DNA of 64,000 nucleotides. It comes from Octopus sinensis. Lineage: Eukaryota. Position numbers and translations under genes: made by a program. The notes under the pieces were generated by a model. The model was not told the DNA's origin and did not search any database. It saw only the letters and a program-made list of their open reading frames with translations. The stretch spans positions 16,678,001 to 16,742,000 of the forward strand of contig NC_043016.1 in NCBI RefSeq assembly GCF_006345805.1, written 5' to 3'. Below, piece by piece: positions 1 through 64,000 of this stretch (positions are counted from its first letter, which is position 1; each line of letters opens with the position of its first letter).

Positions 1-186
1 TCCATCGGATCATGCTAGCTTCATTTCTTTCGAGTCTATGCATGTCCTCTGCAGTCACAGCCCACATTTCACTGCCGTGAAGCATGGCAGTTCGTACACA
101 TGCGTCATACACTCTACCTTTCACCCTGAGCGAGAGATCCTTCGTTGCTAGTAGGGGAAGAAGCTTTCTAAACTTTGCCCAGGTTA
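1..186 (-). mobile_element. RTE-type LINE fragment (RT C-terminal part)
   Basis: Minus strand reads like LLPLLATKDLSLRVKGRVYDACVRTAMLHGSE, the same family as 44130-46720. Confidence 0.8.
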
Positions 187-291
187 TTCTTATTCTAGTG
201 GTAAGTTATGGAAGCAAAATGTAGAAATAAGAATTGTAAATGTATTTTTTGTATTCTGTGTCATAAATGTGTTATTTCTTTTATTTTTAAG

Positions 292-63225
<62,934 letters not shown>

Positions 63226-64000
63226 GTAAATATTTACTCTTAAATTTTGCATTTGTCATTTTTTCCAGTGCACCAGCATGGCCACAGCTCTAAGCTGAAA
63301 CTAAAGGAAAAAGTAGAGGTTTGTGTTCATCAGCATCATCATTTAATGTCTATTCTTTTACTTGTTTTAGTCATTTTGACTGCGGCCATGCTGGAGCACC
63401 GCCTTTAGTCGAGCAGGACTTATTCTTTGTAAGCCTAGTACTTATTCTATCGGTCTCTTTTGACAAAGCGCTAAGTTACGGGGATGTAAAGACACCAGCA
63501 TCGGTTGACAAGTGATGTTTGTGGGACAAACACAGACACACAAACATCTACATACATATATATGACGGACTTCTTTCAGTTTCCATCTACCAAATCCACT
63601 CACAAGGCTTTGGTCAGCCCAAGGCTATAATAGAAGGCACTTGCCCAAGGTGCCACGCAGTGGGACTGAACCCGAAACCATGTGGTTGGTAAGTTATGGT
63701 TGAAAATGGGGTGCAGCCAATTTTAGTGGGAAGTCCTATAAGGAATCAGTTTTGATTTTTCACCTCAAATAGGACTTAACTGAATACAATATTGCTGATT
63801 CAAAACCATCTAAATTTATACTTTAAAGTTGGTTTTCACACCCAACCCAGTTCTGCAGAATCGGTGTTGTGATGGGAGTGCATGGGTTGGGAGTTTGATC
63901 AGCAGAGGTGATCAGGTTGCATATACCAGCCCTTTCAATACACCACACCCATCATCTAACCCACCTTTGGCCATGGGTTGGGAACCCTTCCAGCAAGGAA

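Overview
Eukaryotic, repeat-dense genomic DNA, very probably octopus (inferred from its SINE/RTE/Penelope repeat families and huge TA-type microsatellites, not from a database match). The whole window lies inside one plus-strand gene, a myotonic dystrophy kinase-related Cdc42-binding kinase (MRCK / CDC42BP / genghis khan). I can reconstruct 16 internal exons (292-63225) with mutually consistent splice phases. They cover the coiled coil (KELK-like segment and DMPK-coil region), a complete C1 zinc finger, the PH domain and the start of the CNH domain; the kinase and CRIB exons lie outside the window. Exon 3 has a 1-nt frameshift, probably an assembly error. The introns hold decayed Penelope-like elements, RTE and CR1/L2-type LINEs, an IR/DR-type Tc1, pogo, mariner and piggyBac remnants, MITE hairpins, tRNA-derived SINEs and a 4.6-kb (TA/TATG)n tract. 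The most interesting signal is non-coding: about seven apparently unrelated families of minimal type I hammerhead-ribozyme motifs. One family forms a retrozyme-like array of ~195-bp head-to-tail monomers (58156-58830) just upstream of a PH-domain exon, with one copy retaining an intact catalytic core on the pre-mRNA strand. All folds and homologies were read by eye and none is computationally or experimentally confirmed.
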